Source of the DNA: an uncultured Gammaproteobacteria bacterium
GTDB taxonomy: Bacteria > Patescibacteriota > Microgenomatia > UBA12405
Assembly (NCBI GenBank): GCA_964396145.1
Contig: CAYNEE010000003.1
Location: 1-58,534, forward strand
DNA length: 58,534 nt
Direction of reading: 5' to 3'
Shown here: positions 18,679-28,200 of the stretch, piece by piece
Numbering within the stretch: the first letter of the stretch is position 1
Layout of the letters: every line of letters starts with the position of its first letter
Notes under the pieces: model-generated
Seen by the model: only the letters and a program-made list of their open reading frames with translations
Databases searched by the model: none
What the model was told of the DNA's origin: nothing
Translations under genes and position numbers: made by a program

Positions 18679-19631
18679 AACAAGTCTTCTTTTCGATAAT
18701 TATTCCCATAAGACAGGAAAATGACTATCTTCGGGAAACAATCTCCTATCTAAAAAAACAGACCTTCAAAAACTTTGAAGTTTTGGTTATCACCGATAAA
18801 ATTTCCAAAAAAAGCGACCCTTCTTTTAAAAGAAATCTAGGCAGTAAAAAAGCCAAGGGAGATTATCTCTGTTTTTTAGACGACGATTCCTATCCCAAAA
18901 GTAATTGGTTAAAAAATTTATATCTTCAAATTAAAAAACATCCTAATTATGCCGCCTTTTGTGGGCCAACTTTAACACCTAAAAAGGATAATGTTTATCA
19001 GCAAGCCTCAGGTCTCTTTTGGTCATCTTTTCTGGGCAGTGGTGGTGCTGGGCATTACCGAAACTCTCCTCAAAAAGCCCGTTTTGTTGATGACTATCCT
19101 ACCGTTAATTTGACTGTAAATAAAAACATTTTCCATAAAATTGGTGGTTTTAAATCAAAATATTGGCCCGGTGAAGACACAATTCTCTGTCTAGATTTGA
19201 TAAACCACAGTGAGAAGATTTATTATCATCCCTCAATTCAGGTTTATCACCACCGCCGGGCAGTTCTATTACCTCACCTCAAACAAATCAGTCGTTACGC
19301 CCTACATCGTGGTCTCTTTGCAAGGAAATTTCCCAAAACTAGCTTTAGAATTGGTTATTTAGCTCCATCGTTATTTCTTCTTTATTTAATAACTCTGCCA
19401 CTTCACCACCTCTTCTGGCCATTGTATTTTTATTTATTTTCATTGCTTTTAACTATTATCAATTTGCTATTTAACCGCACATCTATTTATCTACTTATCT
19501 TAACCACATTAACTATCCCCATCACTCACCTCTACTACGGTCTATTATTTATCATTGGTTTTGTTAAACTTGACCTAGATTTTAAAGCTCATGAAGTCGA
19601 CAAAAAAACCGGTCAATATCTCGGCGGTTAA
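18675..19631 (+). CDS. GT2-family glycosyltransferase with a C-terminal membrane anchor
   Basis: FSIIIPIRQENDYL, FEVLVITD, KGDYLCFLDDDSYP. Two or three hydrophobic helices at the C-terminus. Confidence 0.7.
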   Translation: MKQVFFSIIIPIRQENDYLRETISYLKKQTFKNFEVLVITDKISKKSDPSFKRNLGSKKAKGDYLCFLDDDSYPKSNWLKNLYLQIKKHPNYAAFCGPTLTPKKDNVYQQASGLFWSSFLGSGGAGHYRNSPQKARFVDDYPTVNLTVNKNIFHKIGGFKSKYWPGEDTILCLDLINHSEKIYYHPSIQVYHHRRAVLLPHLKQISRYALHRGLFARKFPKTSFRIGYLAPSLFLLYLITLPLHHLFWPLYFYLFSLLLTIINLLFNRTSIYLLILTTLTIPITHLYYGLLFIIGFVKLDLDFKAHEVDKKTGQYLGG

Positions 19632-21102
19632 AAAATTTTCCATTTCTGTTTCCTCCCCACCTCTCGAATCCGACAAGGGTATCCCTTTCTTGTCACAAAA
19701 TCGACAGTTTCAGTGGACTAATACTGGCAACGTTATTTTACCGGTAATTCCTGCATATGGGGCCACAGCTCTAAAAAAAATAGGTTATAAAGTCTACTGG
19801 GATGATGCTGTCGCCGAAAAAATTTCATACAAAAAATGGCTCAATCGTCTTTTAAAGAGAAAACCAAAAATTATTTTCATCGAGTCAAAAACTCCAGTTA
19901 TAAAAAAACATTGGCAAATTATTAATGAAATTAAAAAAAATTTACCCCGCTCCTATGTCGTCTTAATGGGTGATCATGTCACCGCCTTTCCCAAAGAATC
20001 ACTTCTTAATTCAAAAGTTGATTATGTTATCACCGGCGGCGATTATGATTTTATGATGATTAACCTGGTTGAACATTTAATTCATAAAACCAAACTCGAA
20101 CCAGGCTTTTACTACCACTCTAAAGCCCAAAAGAACCATAGCACCAGAGTTCTAAATACTGGCAAATTTGCCCTAAAACATCATAATTTAGACATTTTGC
20201 CTATTATTGACCGTAAATTTACCAAATGGAAATTATACGGTCAGGAAAATACTAATTTTAAGTACAAACCAGGAGCCTACATTATGTCCGGTCGTGATTG
20301 CTGGTGGGGCAGATGCACCTTTTGTTCCTGGACTACCACTCATCCGGCCGGCACCTTTAGAACCTTTTCTGTTGCCCACACTATTAAGGAAATTGAAAAT
20401 CTAGTCTCTCTTGGGGTTAGAGAAATATTTGACGATGCTGGCACCCTACCTGTTGGTCCCTGGCTTATGGAACTTTGTCGAGAGCTTATCAGTCGTGGTC
20501 TTAATAAAAAAGTCGTCATGGGCTGTAATATGCGCTTTGGTGCCCTCACTCAGAAACAATATGACCTTATGGGTAAAGCCGGATTCCGTTTTATTCTCTA
20601 TGGCCTCGAATCTTCCAATCAAAAAACCCTTAACCGCATTGAAAAAAGAACCCTGGTCGCAGACGCCAGAAAAACCCTGACCATGGCCAAAAAAGCTGGA
20701 CTTGAACCGCATCTGACTATCATGATTGGCTACCCCTGGGAAAGTAAAAAAGATGCTCAAAAAACTTTAGATGAAGCACGGAGCCTGTTTAGGGACGGTC
20801 TCGCTGACAGTATGCAAGCCACTATTCTCATTCCATATCCCGGAACTCCTCTTTATCAGCAATGTCTCGATAATAATTGGCTGTTAACCAACAACTGGGA
20901 TGATTTTGATATGCGCCAACCGGTCATGGTATCACCCTTTACTGAAGATGAAATTAAAAAAATAGTCAGAGAACTTTTTTACGGTGTGTTGACTCCAAAG
21001 TTTTTAGTCAAAAAAATAATCTCAATTCGAAGATTCGACGACGTTAAATTTCTCTATACCTATGCCCTCAAGTATCTCAAAAAAATCCGTGACTTTTCCT
21101 AA
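19591..21102 (+). CDS. B12-binding-domain (class B-like) radical SAM enzyme
   Basis: N-terminal Rossmann-like segment (KIIFIESKTP...VVLMGDHVTAFP...YVITGGDYD) followed by the Cys triad SGRDCWWGRCTFCSW and a TIM-barrel-like region (FRFILYGLESSNQKTL, LTIMIGYPWE). Confidence 0.7.
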   Translation: MKSTKKPVNISAVKKFSISVSSPPLESDKGIPFLSQNRQFQWTNTGNVILPVIPAYGATALKKIGYKVYWDDAVAEKISYKKWLNRLLKRKPKIIFIESKTPVIKKHWQIINEIKKNLPRSYVVLMGDHVTAFPKESLLNSKVDYVITGGDYDFMMINLVEHLIHKTKLEPGFYYHSKAQKNHSTRVLNTGKFALKHHNLDILPIIDRKFTKWKLYGQENTNFKYKPGAYIMSGRDCWWGRCTFCSWTTTHPAGTFRTFSVAHTIKEIENLVSLGVREIFDDAGTLPVGPWLMELCRELISRGLNKKVVMGCNMRFGALTQKQYDLMGKAGFRFILYGLESSNQKTLNRIEKRTLVADARKTLTMAKKAGLEPHLTIMIGYPWESKKDAQKTLDEARSLFRDGLADSMQATILIPYPGTPLYQQCLDNNWLLTNNWDDFDMRQPVMVSPFTEDEIKKIVRELFYGVLTPKFLVKKIISIRRFDDVKFLYTYALKYLKKIRDFS

Positions 21103-22087
21103 AGTATCTATTATTATACCCACTCTCAATGCCCAAAATGTTTTGAGCAAATGCCTCTGCTCTATCAAAAAACAAACTCTTAAAGACTGCGAAATTTTAA
21201 TCATTGACGGTGGTTCTACCGACAATACCCAAAAAATAGCCAAAAAATATAAAGCCAAAATTGTTGCCAATCCTCTTAAAACCGCCGAAGCCGGCAAAGC
21301 AACTGGACTAAAAGCTGCCTCCGGCACCTTTATTGCCCTTATCGACTCTGACAATGTTCTACCTCACCCTAAATGGCTTCAAAACATGCTCTCACCCTTT
21401 ACCGATCCACAAATAATCGGCTCCGAACCAATCCGTTTCACCTATCGTCCTCATGCTGGTTTTATCGAACGCTACAGTGCTCTTTTAGGTGCCAATGACC
21501 CTTATGCTTATTTTACCAGCAATTACGATCGTTTTAGTTATCTTTCGGGTAAATGGACTGGCCTACCCATTAAAACTGAAGACAAAAAAAACTATTTAAA
21601 ATTAAAGATTGAAAACCCTAAATCGATTCCCACCATTGGTGCCAATGGGACTGTCTTTAGGAAAAGCTTCTTAGAGAAAAATTTCACAGGTAATTATCTT
21701 TTTGACATCGACATTCTCGCTGCTGCCAAAAAGCCTCTCTATTTTGCCAAGGTCAAAGAGGGGATTATTCACAGTTTTTGTGAATCTTCTATCTCTAAGT
21801 TTTATAAAAAACAACAGCGTCGCATCACCGACTATTATGTATTTAGGCAATATCGCCGCTATCACTGGGAGTCGACAAACTCCCAAGCAATTCTCTTTCT
21901 CCTCTACAGTTTCCTAGTTCTTCCTTCTCTTTTTGATTCTTTTAGAGGTTTTATTAAAAAACCCGATTTTGCCTGGTTTTTTCACCCTTTGGCTTGTTTT
22001 TTAACTTCGTGGATATACCTTATTGGCACTTTGAAACACAAACTTTCTTTACTTAAACCCCTCGATAGAAATAAATGGCAACAATAA
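21062..22087 (+). CDS. GT2-family glycosyltransferase with C-terminal hydrophobic segments
   Basis: VSIIIPTLNAQNVL, ILIIDGGSTDNT and IALIDSDNVL. Confidence 0.75.
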   Translation: MPSSISKKSVTFPKVSIIIPTLNAQNVLSKCLCSIKKQTLKDCEILIIDGGSTDNTQKIAKKYKAKIVANPLKTAEAGKATGLKAASGTFIALIDSDNVLPHPKWLQNMLSPFTDPQIIGSEPIRFTYRPHAGFIERYSALLGANDPYAYFTSNYDRFSYLSGKWTGLPIKTEDKKNYLKLKIENPKSIPTIGANGTVFRKSFLEKNFTGNYLFDIDILAAAKKPLYFAKVKEGIIHSFCESSISKFYKKQQRRITDYYVFRQYRRYHWESTNSQAILFLLYSFLVLPSLFDSFRGFIKKPDFAWFFHPLACFLTSWIYLIGTLKHKLSLLKPLDRNKWQQ

Positions 22088-22854
22088 AACCTAAAGCAGT
22101 TATTAAAAAAGATTTTGAGTCTTTTTTATCCATCTTAAATCAAGCTTCATTTACTGCTCACGATTTCTTGTTTGATTCCTTACCTTATACTTCAGGTCAC
22201 TTACAAATCATAAATCAATTAAGCCACCTGTTACCCACCAACAAGAAAGTTCTCGATTTGGGTTGTGGTAGCGGTTTAACTAGTTTTTTGCTAGCTAAAA
22301 ATTATCAAGTCACGGCTGTTGATGTCTTTGAAAGTTCAAGTACTCAGTTTTACAAATTTAGCCGTAACTCTCAAAAACACTTATGGCAACTATTATCAAA
22401 AAAAAGAACTTCTCTCAATTTTAAATTTTATAATGGTCACAAACTCGAATACCCTGATTCAAGTTTTGATTTAATTTTTGCACATGCAGTTATCGAACAT
22501 GTCCATACCTTAAAACTAAAAAAATTACTCTCTGAACTAAAGCGTGTACTAAAACCACATGGTTATATTGTCATTGCCCGTACCCCCGATCAATTTGCTC
22601 TCACTGAATTTTTAGTTAAAAGTCACGACACAAAATTTAACTTGAATCAGTTAAAAAATCTTTTCCCTCCACAGGACTACCGTTTAGTTTATTTTGGTAA
22701 AACAGACTTTTTTCCAGAAATGGCACCGTTTTCTTTGGGGCAAAAAATTATTAATTTTTTGTATCCCTTAACTAATATGCTTGATAAGCTTGTTAATAGA
22801 TCACCACTCAAAGTCTTTTCACACCATCACCTTTTATTTTTTCAAAAGCTATAA
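22075..22854 (+). CDS. Class I SAM-dependent methyltransferase
   Basis: Motif I VLDLGCGSGLTSF, the acidic motif VTAVDVFE, and LKPHGYIVI. Confidence 0.7.
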   Translation: MATIKPKAVIKKDFESFLSILNQASFTAHDFLFDSLPYTSGHLQIINQLSHLLPTNKKVLDLGCGSGLTSFLLAKNYQVTAVDVFESSSTQFYKFSRNSQKHLWQLLSKKRTSLNFKFYNGHKLEYPDSSFDLIFAHAVIEHVHTLKLKKLLSELKRVLKPHGYIVIARTPDQFALTEFLVKSHDTKFNLNQLKNLFPPQDYRLVYFGKTDFFPEMAPFSLGQKIINFLYPLTNMLDKLVNRSPLKVFSHHHLLFFQKL

Positions 22855-23515
22855 ACAAGTTCATAAAACCATTAGCTTGGTTTTCTATCTTCTCCTTAGT
22901 ATCAAAAAAGTTATTAAAAAATTTCTTTCTTTTAAATATCCATTTGGCTATATACATATTTAACAAGCCTATAGCTGTCCACCAGCTACCGACAATTTTA
23001 TATTTCTTTCTTTTTAAACCTACTAGCCGGGCCTGAGATGATAAAAACTCTAGACTATAATGTCGATGTCCCCAGTACCAAGCAGGATCCAACATTTGTG
23101 ACCGCCAATTCTTATATGGAGTACTAATAAATAACTTACCCTTATTTTTTAACACCCGATATACTTCTTTAAAAAAAATATTTTCCCTATCTTTTGGTAT
23201 ATGTTCTATTACTTCACTAGTCACAATAACGTCCACATCACCGTCTCTTAAAGGTATGTCTAAACCACTAGCCACCATAAATTCAATATTTTTATTTTTA
23301 AAAAAATTTTTATTTTGATTAACATGCTTTATATCCACATCTATCGCCCAAATTTTTTTTACTATATTTTTATTTTGGTGTTCAAACCAACCAGTTCCAC
23401 AGCCAATATCCAAAACAAATTTATTCTTTAGATTATTTTTGCCTATAAATTTTAGAAATTCCTCATTCCTAGCCCCAATTGTTTCACTAGCTGTCTCATT
23501 TAATCTATTTTTCAT
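22808..23515 (-). CDS. Class I SAM-dependent methyltransferase
   Basis: VLDIGCGTGWFEH, IWAIDVD, VDVIVTSEVIEHI and LKNKGKLFIST. Confidence 0.7.
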   Translation of the reverse strand: MKNRLNETASETIGARNEEFLKFIGKNNLKNKFVLDIGCGTGWFEHQNKNIVKKIWAIDVDIKHVNQNKNFFKNKNIEFMVASGLDIPLRDGDVDVIVTSEVIEHIPKDRENIFFKEVYRVLKNKGKLFISTPYKNWRSQMLDPAWYWGHRHYSLEFLSSQARLVGLKRKKYKIVGSWWTAIGLLNMYIAKWIFKRKKFFNNFFDTKEKIENQANGFMNLFIAFEKIKGDGVKRL

Positions 23516-23539
23516 TTGCTAAAATTGTGGCAGGTATTT

Positions 23540-24709
23540 ATGAAAAATCCAAGCCTTTTAATTATTAGCAACAACAATCTCGGCTCAGTCCAAAGTGGTG
23601 GTGACACCATCTATCTTGCTTTTATCCGTTATTGGTCAAAAAAATTTAAAATCACTCTCTGGGGGAGTCAAGAATCAAAGCATCTTTTAAAACTCAATCA
23701 TCTTACTACCAATTTTATTCAAACTGATACCACCAATAAGTTTTATCAGACCACAGTTACTAATTTGCTTTGGCACAATATTAGAAGAATAGTAAAAGGT
23801 TTTGATGTCTTTATCCGTGATTTTCAAGTTTTTAAGAAAAATGATTATTGTTATACTGCTTCCGACTTTTGGCCTGATTTTCTCTTTGGTTTACTCTATA
23901 AACTATTTAACCCAAAAGGCACCTGGCTCTGTGGCTACTACTTAGTTGTTCCTCTTCCTTTTTCTTTATACAGTCCCTACAAACATCAAAAATTAAAGAG
24001 TTTTTTTTACTACTATTCCCAAAGAATATCCTTATTTTTATCTAATAAATATGCCGATGTCATCTTGATTACTTCTCTCCCTGATAAAAAATTTTTTCCA
24101 AAAAAGAAAGTCGTTATTGTCCGTGGAGGAGTTGATACCACTATCAGTAAAAAATTTTCTAAAATCCCACTTTCCAAGAGGAAATACGACGCTGTTTTTC
24201 AGGGACGTCTCCACCCCCAAAAGGGTGTTTTGGAAATGATCGATATCTGGAATTTAGTTGTCTCCAAATTACCCTCTGCCAAGTTAGCCATCATTGGCGA
24301 CGGCCAGCTTAAGCAACAACTTTTAGAGAAAATTAAAAATCTAAATTTGCAAAAAAATATTTTATATTTTGGCTTTCAAAACTCTTCAAAAAAGTATCAA
24401 ATTATTAGTCACTCCAAAATTGTTCTTCATCCGGCTATTTTTGATAGCGGTGGCATGAGTGCTGCTGAAGCCATGGCTTTTGCTCTCCCGGGAGTATCAT
24501 ATGACTTGCCAGCTCTCAAAACATATTATCCCCAAGGTATGATCAAAACACCCATAGGCAACCAAAAGCAATTTGCTCTAAATATTTTAAAACTGCTTAA
24601 CAGTCAATCTCTCTACAAAAAATATTCCCAACAGGCTTTAAATTTAATTAACAATGATTGGGACTGGCAAAAGCACGCCCAATATCTTTACAAGCAAATT
24701 TTTAAATGA
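23540..24709 (+). CDS. GT4-family glycosyltransferase
   Basis: ATG at 23540 (MKNPSLLIISNN). The track's TTG at 23516 directly abuts the start of the divergent gene. Motif FDSGGMSAAEAMAFALPGVSYDLPAL. Confidence 0.7.
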   Translation: MKNPSLLIISNNNLGSVQSGGDTIYLAFIRYWSKKFKITLWGSQESKHLLKLNHLTTNFIQTDTTNKFYQTTVTNLLWHNIRRIVKGFDVFIRDFQVFKKNDYCYTASDFWPDFLFGLLYKLFNPKGTWLCGYYLVVPLPFSLYSPYKHQKLKSFFYYYSQRISLFLSNKYADVILITSLPDKKFFPKKKVVIVRGGVDTTISKKFSKIPLSKRKYDAVFQGRLHPQKGVLEMIDIWNLVVSKLPSAKLAIIGDGQLKQQLLEKIKNLNLQKNILYFGFQNSSKKYQIISHSKIVLHPAIFDSGGMSAAEAMAFALPGVSYDLPALKTYYPQGMIKTPIGNQKQFALNILKLLNSQSLYKKYSQQALNLINNDWDWQKHAQYLYKQIFK

Positions 24710-25488
24710 AATGCCCTATCTGTTCTTCCAAACAATCTAATTTTGTCTTTAAGGCCAAAAATATTCACGGTCATACTCTTTATAGCCAACAAGCGACTTC
24801 TTATTATCAATGCAAACAATGTTTTTGTCTCTACCCTCTAATAAAAGTCAATCAGAGTTTTTATCAAAAATTTTACCCTCAAAGATATTACCAACAATCA
24901 TCTAATTTTTTGGAAAAAGTATTAAAAAAAATTACCTTTAGTTTTAAAAACAAACTTATCGGACAGCCCAAGAATCTTTTAGACATTGGTTGTGGTCAGG
25001 GCGACTTTATCCTTCAATTAAATAAAAAGATAGTTGCTCGAGGTATCGATATTAATCCCGGATCACATCCTACTCTTCTTAAAGGAAATTTTCTGGATTA
25101 CAAATTTAAACAGAAATACGACTGTCTCACTTTTTGGCATTCACTCGAACATTTTCCCAATCCTCAATCAGTTATCAATAAAGCCACCAAGCTTTTAAAA
25201 AATGGAGGCAAAATTGTTATCACTATTCCCAACACCAACTCTCTAGCTTTTAAGCTAGGTCGACAAGATTGGTTTCATCTGGATTCCCCCCGGCATTTAT
25301 TTATTCCAAACGACAGCAATATAAAATTACTTTTTCCCAATAATTTCAAAATTACCATTAAAAGATCACCTTGGGAGTTCCCATTAGACCTTTTTTGGAG
25401 TCTAAAAAAACAACCTTTATTAAAAATTTTTTACCCAATCTTCAAGATTTTTGACAGGGAAACTATCACTGTGTTGGCCCAAAGCTAA
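24706..25488 (+). CDS. Class I SAM-dependent methyltransferase with an N-terminal Cys4 zinc-ribbon-like segment
   Basis: CPIC...CKQC at the N-terminus, LLDIGCGQGDF, FWHSLEHFPNP and LKNGGKIVITIPN. Confidence 0.7.
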   Translation: MKCPICSSKQSNFVFKAKNIHGHTLYSQQATSYYQCKQCFCLYPLIKVNQSFYQKFYPQRYYQQSSNFLEKVLKKITFSFKNKLIGQPKNLLDIGCGQGDFILQLNKKIVARGIDINPGSHPTLLKGNFLDYKFKQKYDCLTFWHSLEHFPNPQSVINKATKLLKNGGKIVITIPNTNSLAFKLGRQDWFHLDSPRHLFIPNDSNIKLLFPNNFKITIKRSPWEFPLDLFWSLKKQPLLKIFYPIFKIFDRETITVLAQS

Positions 25489-27196
25489 CTCCTGTCTCCA
25501 AAACCTGCAAAGCCTGTTTCACTTGAACCAAATTTGGGTAAACCGATAATATTTCCTTTAGAAGCTTTTTGGCCTCTTCCAATTCTCCCAATTGAGCCTG
25601 AGCTATAGCGTAGCTGTAGTAGGCCTGCACATTACCTTGATCAAAACTCATATATTTTTCCAAATTTTCTTTTGCCGTTTTCGGATCTTTACTGTCAAAA
25701 GCAATTTGCGCCAAGGCCAGATATGTCTGATATAAATTGGGGTTGATTGCAACTGCTGTTTGATAGGAATCTTTGGCCAAATCAAGTCTTTTCATTTTAT
25801 AAAAAATATTGGCTCGATTGTGATATGCATCAGCGTAATTTGGTTTAACTAAAACAGACTGGGTAAAACCTTTTATCGAATTTTCATATTGCCCTAGCTT
25901 GTCGTAGTCATCACCAATATTGTTCCAGGCATTGTGACTGTTGGGTGATACCTGGCAAGTATTTACCCATAAATTATGGTTAGTACTCCAATCAATATTT
26001 CTTTTATATACCCGCGATCCATAAAAACCCAATAACATTGCCAGCAATACTGGGCTCAAGAATTTTAGTTTTTTCCAATTATCTGACAATAACAATCCTA
26101 AAAACAAAGCAAAGCCTAAACTCCCCAAAAACATATATCTTTCGGCTACAAGCCAGCTAACTTTTACCGGTGCCATAGAAGGGGCTGTGGCTACAAAGAT
26201 AAATGCCAGCGCAAAAAAATATCTTTTATCTACTTTATAAAAGTAAACTAAAAGAGCCAGGTAATTAAAAGTAATTAGCCAGTTTAGCCACGAAGGCAAC
26301 ACGTACATAGTATGGTAAAGAGTTAGATTTAAGGGTGCCCATAGTAGCTGTAAATACTTACTCATCGAAATCGGGTACTGTAATATTGGATTATAAAAAA
26401 CACTCCCCGAAGCATTCGTCCCGCTATTTACTGATCCAATTCTAGTGCTAATCAGTGGCAGGCTGACCAAAATTGAAATCAGTAATCCTGCTAATACCAC
26501 CCAAACATATTTTTTATATTTTTTTAAAATATCCCAATTCTGTTGAGAAGCCAAATACAATAGCAAAATTAAAAAAATTGAAAATGGCCTAGGTCTGTCT
26601 GTTAATAAAGCTAAAATAAAAAATAATACTCCATAGACTAGATACTTAATTTTGTTTCTATCTAAAAAATAAATTAAACTGATTACTGATAACAAAATAT
26701 AAACAGAAAGTATCAAATATATTCTACCCGCGTTCCAAGCTACTACCTCCGTATGTATCGGATGAAAAGTGAAAATTAAAGTTGTCACCTGACTTAACAA
26801 CCTATTTTTAAAGACTATTTCTATAAAAACAAATATCAATACTAAAACAGCCATGTAAGTCAGAATAGAGGCTATATGATAAGGCAGGGGATTCCCATAT
26901 CCAAACAGTTTAAAAATAATAAAATTGCTCAGTGTCATGCTATTTCCTGGAAAAGATTTCATTGTTGCCCAAAAATCACCAATCAAGGGATTTTGGGGTA
27001 TAGTGGCGTAATCATCAGAGACAAAAGCTCCATTGAGAGCATTGGCATATAAAACCAATGCCACCAAACAAGTTAACAGTAAAAATATCCAATTTCCTTT
27101 AACAATCTCCCAAATACCCGGAATGTTAGTTTCTGGTTTCTGGTCCCTGGTTTCTTGACTTTCGTTTTTTATTTTTCTTAATCTCTTTTGAGACAT
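25466..27196 (-). CDS. TMTC-like protein: N-terminal polytopic GT-C-type domain plus C-terminal TPR repeats
   Basis: Loop-1 NGAFVSDDYATIPQNPLI, about 10 hydrophobic segments, then four or five TPR-like repeats (AWNNIGDDYDKLGQYENSIKGF, ADAYHNRANIFYKMKRLDLA, ...). Confidence 0.65.
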   Translation of the reverse strand: MSQKRLRKIKNESQETRDQKPETNIPGIWEIVKGNWIFLLLTCLVALVLYANALNGAFVSDDYATIPQNPLIGDFWATMKSFPGNSMTLSNFIIFKLFGYGNPLPYHIASILTYMAVLVLIFVFIEIVFKNRLLSQVTTLIFTFHPIHTEVVAWNAGRIYLILSVYILLSVISLIYFLDRNKIKYLVYGVLFFILALLTDRPRPFSIFLILLLYLASQQNWDILKKYKKYVWVVLAGLLISILVSLPLISTRIGSVNSGTNASGSVFYNPILQYPISMSKYLQLLWAPLNLTLYHTMYVLPSWLNWLITFNYLALLVYFYKVDKRYFFALAFIFVATAPSMAPVKVSWLVAERYMFLGSLGFALFLGLLLSDNWKKLKFLSPVLLAMLLGFYGSRVYKRNIDWSTNHNLWVNTCQVSPNSHNAWNNIGDDYDKLGQYENSIKGFTQSVLVKPNYADAYHNRANIFYKMKRLDLAKDSYQTAVAINPNLYQTYLALAQIAFDSKDPKTAKENLEKYMSFDQGNVQAYYSYAIAQAQLGELEEAKKLLKEILSVYPNLVQVKQALQVLETGVSFGPTQ

Positions 27197-28157
27197 AGCT
27201 CATTCTAGCAAAAAATCTGGTCAGCTTTTGAGTACTGTGACGCAATCTCCAGTTTTGTTCATCAATGGTAGCGAGGTCTACTAAAATTGTTTTTTTATCT
27301 TTGACAAAAGTTACTTCTTTGGAATGTTCCAGCTCATAAAACTTACGTAGTTTTTCTAATTTTTTAGTGTTTAATTGATTCAAATCAGCCATTAAAATCT
27401 GATCAAATTTTACTCCCATATGTTTTTTGAACAATTCCTCATATTCTAATTGGGTGGCAAAACTACCTTCATTGGCCTGTGACATTAAATTGACCATCAA
27501 TATTTTTTTTGCCCTGCTTTTATTAAAAGCTTGTCTAAATCCATCCACTAGAAAATTAGCCATCAGTGATCCAAAGACGCTCCCCGGACAAACTATAATT
27601 ATCCTCGCCTTTTTTAAAGCTTTTACCGCTTCCGGATTGACCTTTACCCTTGGTTCCAACCATAATTTTTTAACCACGTCCGCAGACATTCTCAACTGAT
27701 CCAAAAACTTTTCTCCGTGGTATTTTTTTCCATGAGTAGTTTCAAAAGACATGTTAGACGAAAACAGAGAAGAGGGGATGACATGGCCATGCAAGTCAGC
27801 CATCGTTAGCGACTTAAACAGGTCATCAACCTTATCCAAAGAACCTGCTTTTTCAGTCATAAACTGAAAAAAGGTATTACCAAAATTCCTGTCTCTACCA
27901 TCTCGGTATTTAAGCATTTCTACCCACACCTTTTTCTGAGCTCCGTCATCCCACAAAGAAATTAGTGATCGCCAGTAATCAGAATTAGCCAAGGTCTGTC
28001 CCCGTTCATCCGTTCTCATTCTCCCGGTATCTCCGCCATTATCAAAAGTGGTTACTATTGAATAAATATTTTCATAACCTGCTTTCACTAAAGCTTCGTT
28101 TACAACCGGCATTCCGGTTCCGCCGCCTATAGTGCAGATGACATCTTTCTTACCCAT
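27126..28157 (-). CDS. YvcK/CofD-family (UPF0052) protein
   Basis: N-terminal ICTIGGGTGMPVVNEAL followed by IVTTFDNGGDTGRMR. Overlaps the downstream gene by 71 nt. Confidence 0.6.
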   Translation of the reverse strand: MGKKDVICTIGGGTGMPVVNEALVKAGYENIYSIVTTFDNGGDTGRMRTDERGQTLANSDYWRSLISLWDDGAQKKVWVEMLKYRDGRDRNFGNTFFQFMTEKAGSLDKVDDLFKSLTMADLHGHVIPSSLFSSNMSFETTHGKKYHGEKFLDQLRMSADVVKKLWLEPRVKVNPEAVKALKKARIIIVCPGSVFGSLMANFLVDGFRQAFNKSRAKKILMVNLMSQANEGSFATQLEYEELFKKHMGVKFDQILMADLNQLNTKKLEKLRKFYELEHSKEVTFVKDKKTILVDLATIDEQNWRLRHSTQKLTRFFARMSYVSKEIKKNKKRKSRNQGPETRN

Positions 28158-28200
28158 TCTTGCTATTATAAACCATTAATTGAATTTGCTAAACTAACTC

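Noticed and set aside
27126-28157. Reading the CofD-like gene as evidence for coenzyme F420 biosynthesis.
   Set aside because: No other F420 genes (cofC, cofE, cofG, cofH or fbiC-like) are present in the window. The DNGGDTGRMR-type motif and the envelope-glycan context fit the YvcK branch of the family better.
28158-28200. The 43-nt divergent gap between the YvcK-like gene and wzm, examined for a defined sigma70-type promoter or operator.
   Set aside because: It contains AT-rich hexamers (TATTAT, TAAACT) and a TTGCTA. I could not find a -35/-10 pair with plausible 16-18 nt spacing, or any symmetric element, so I make no call.
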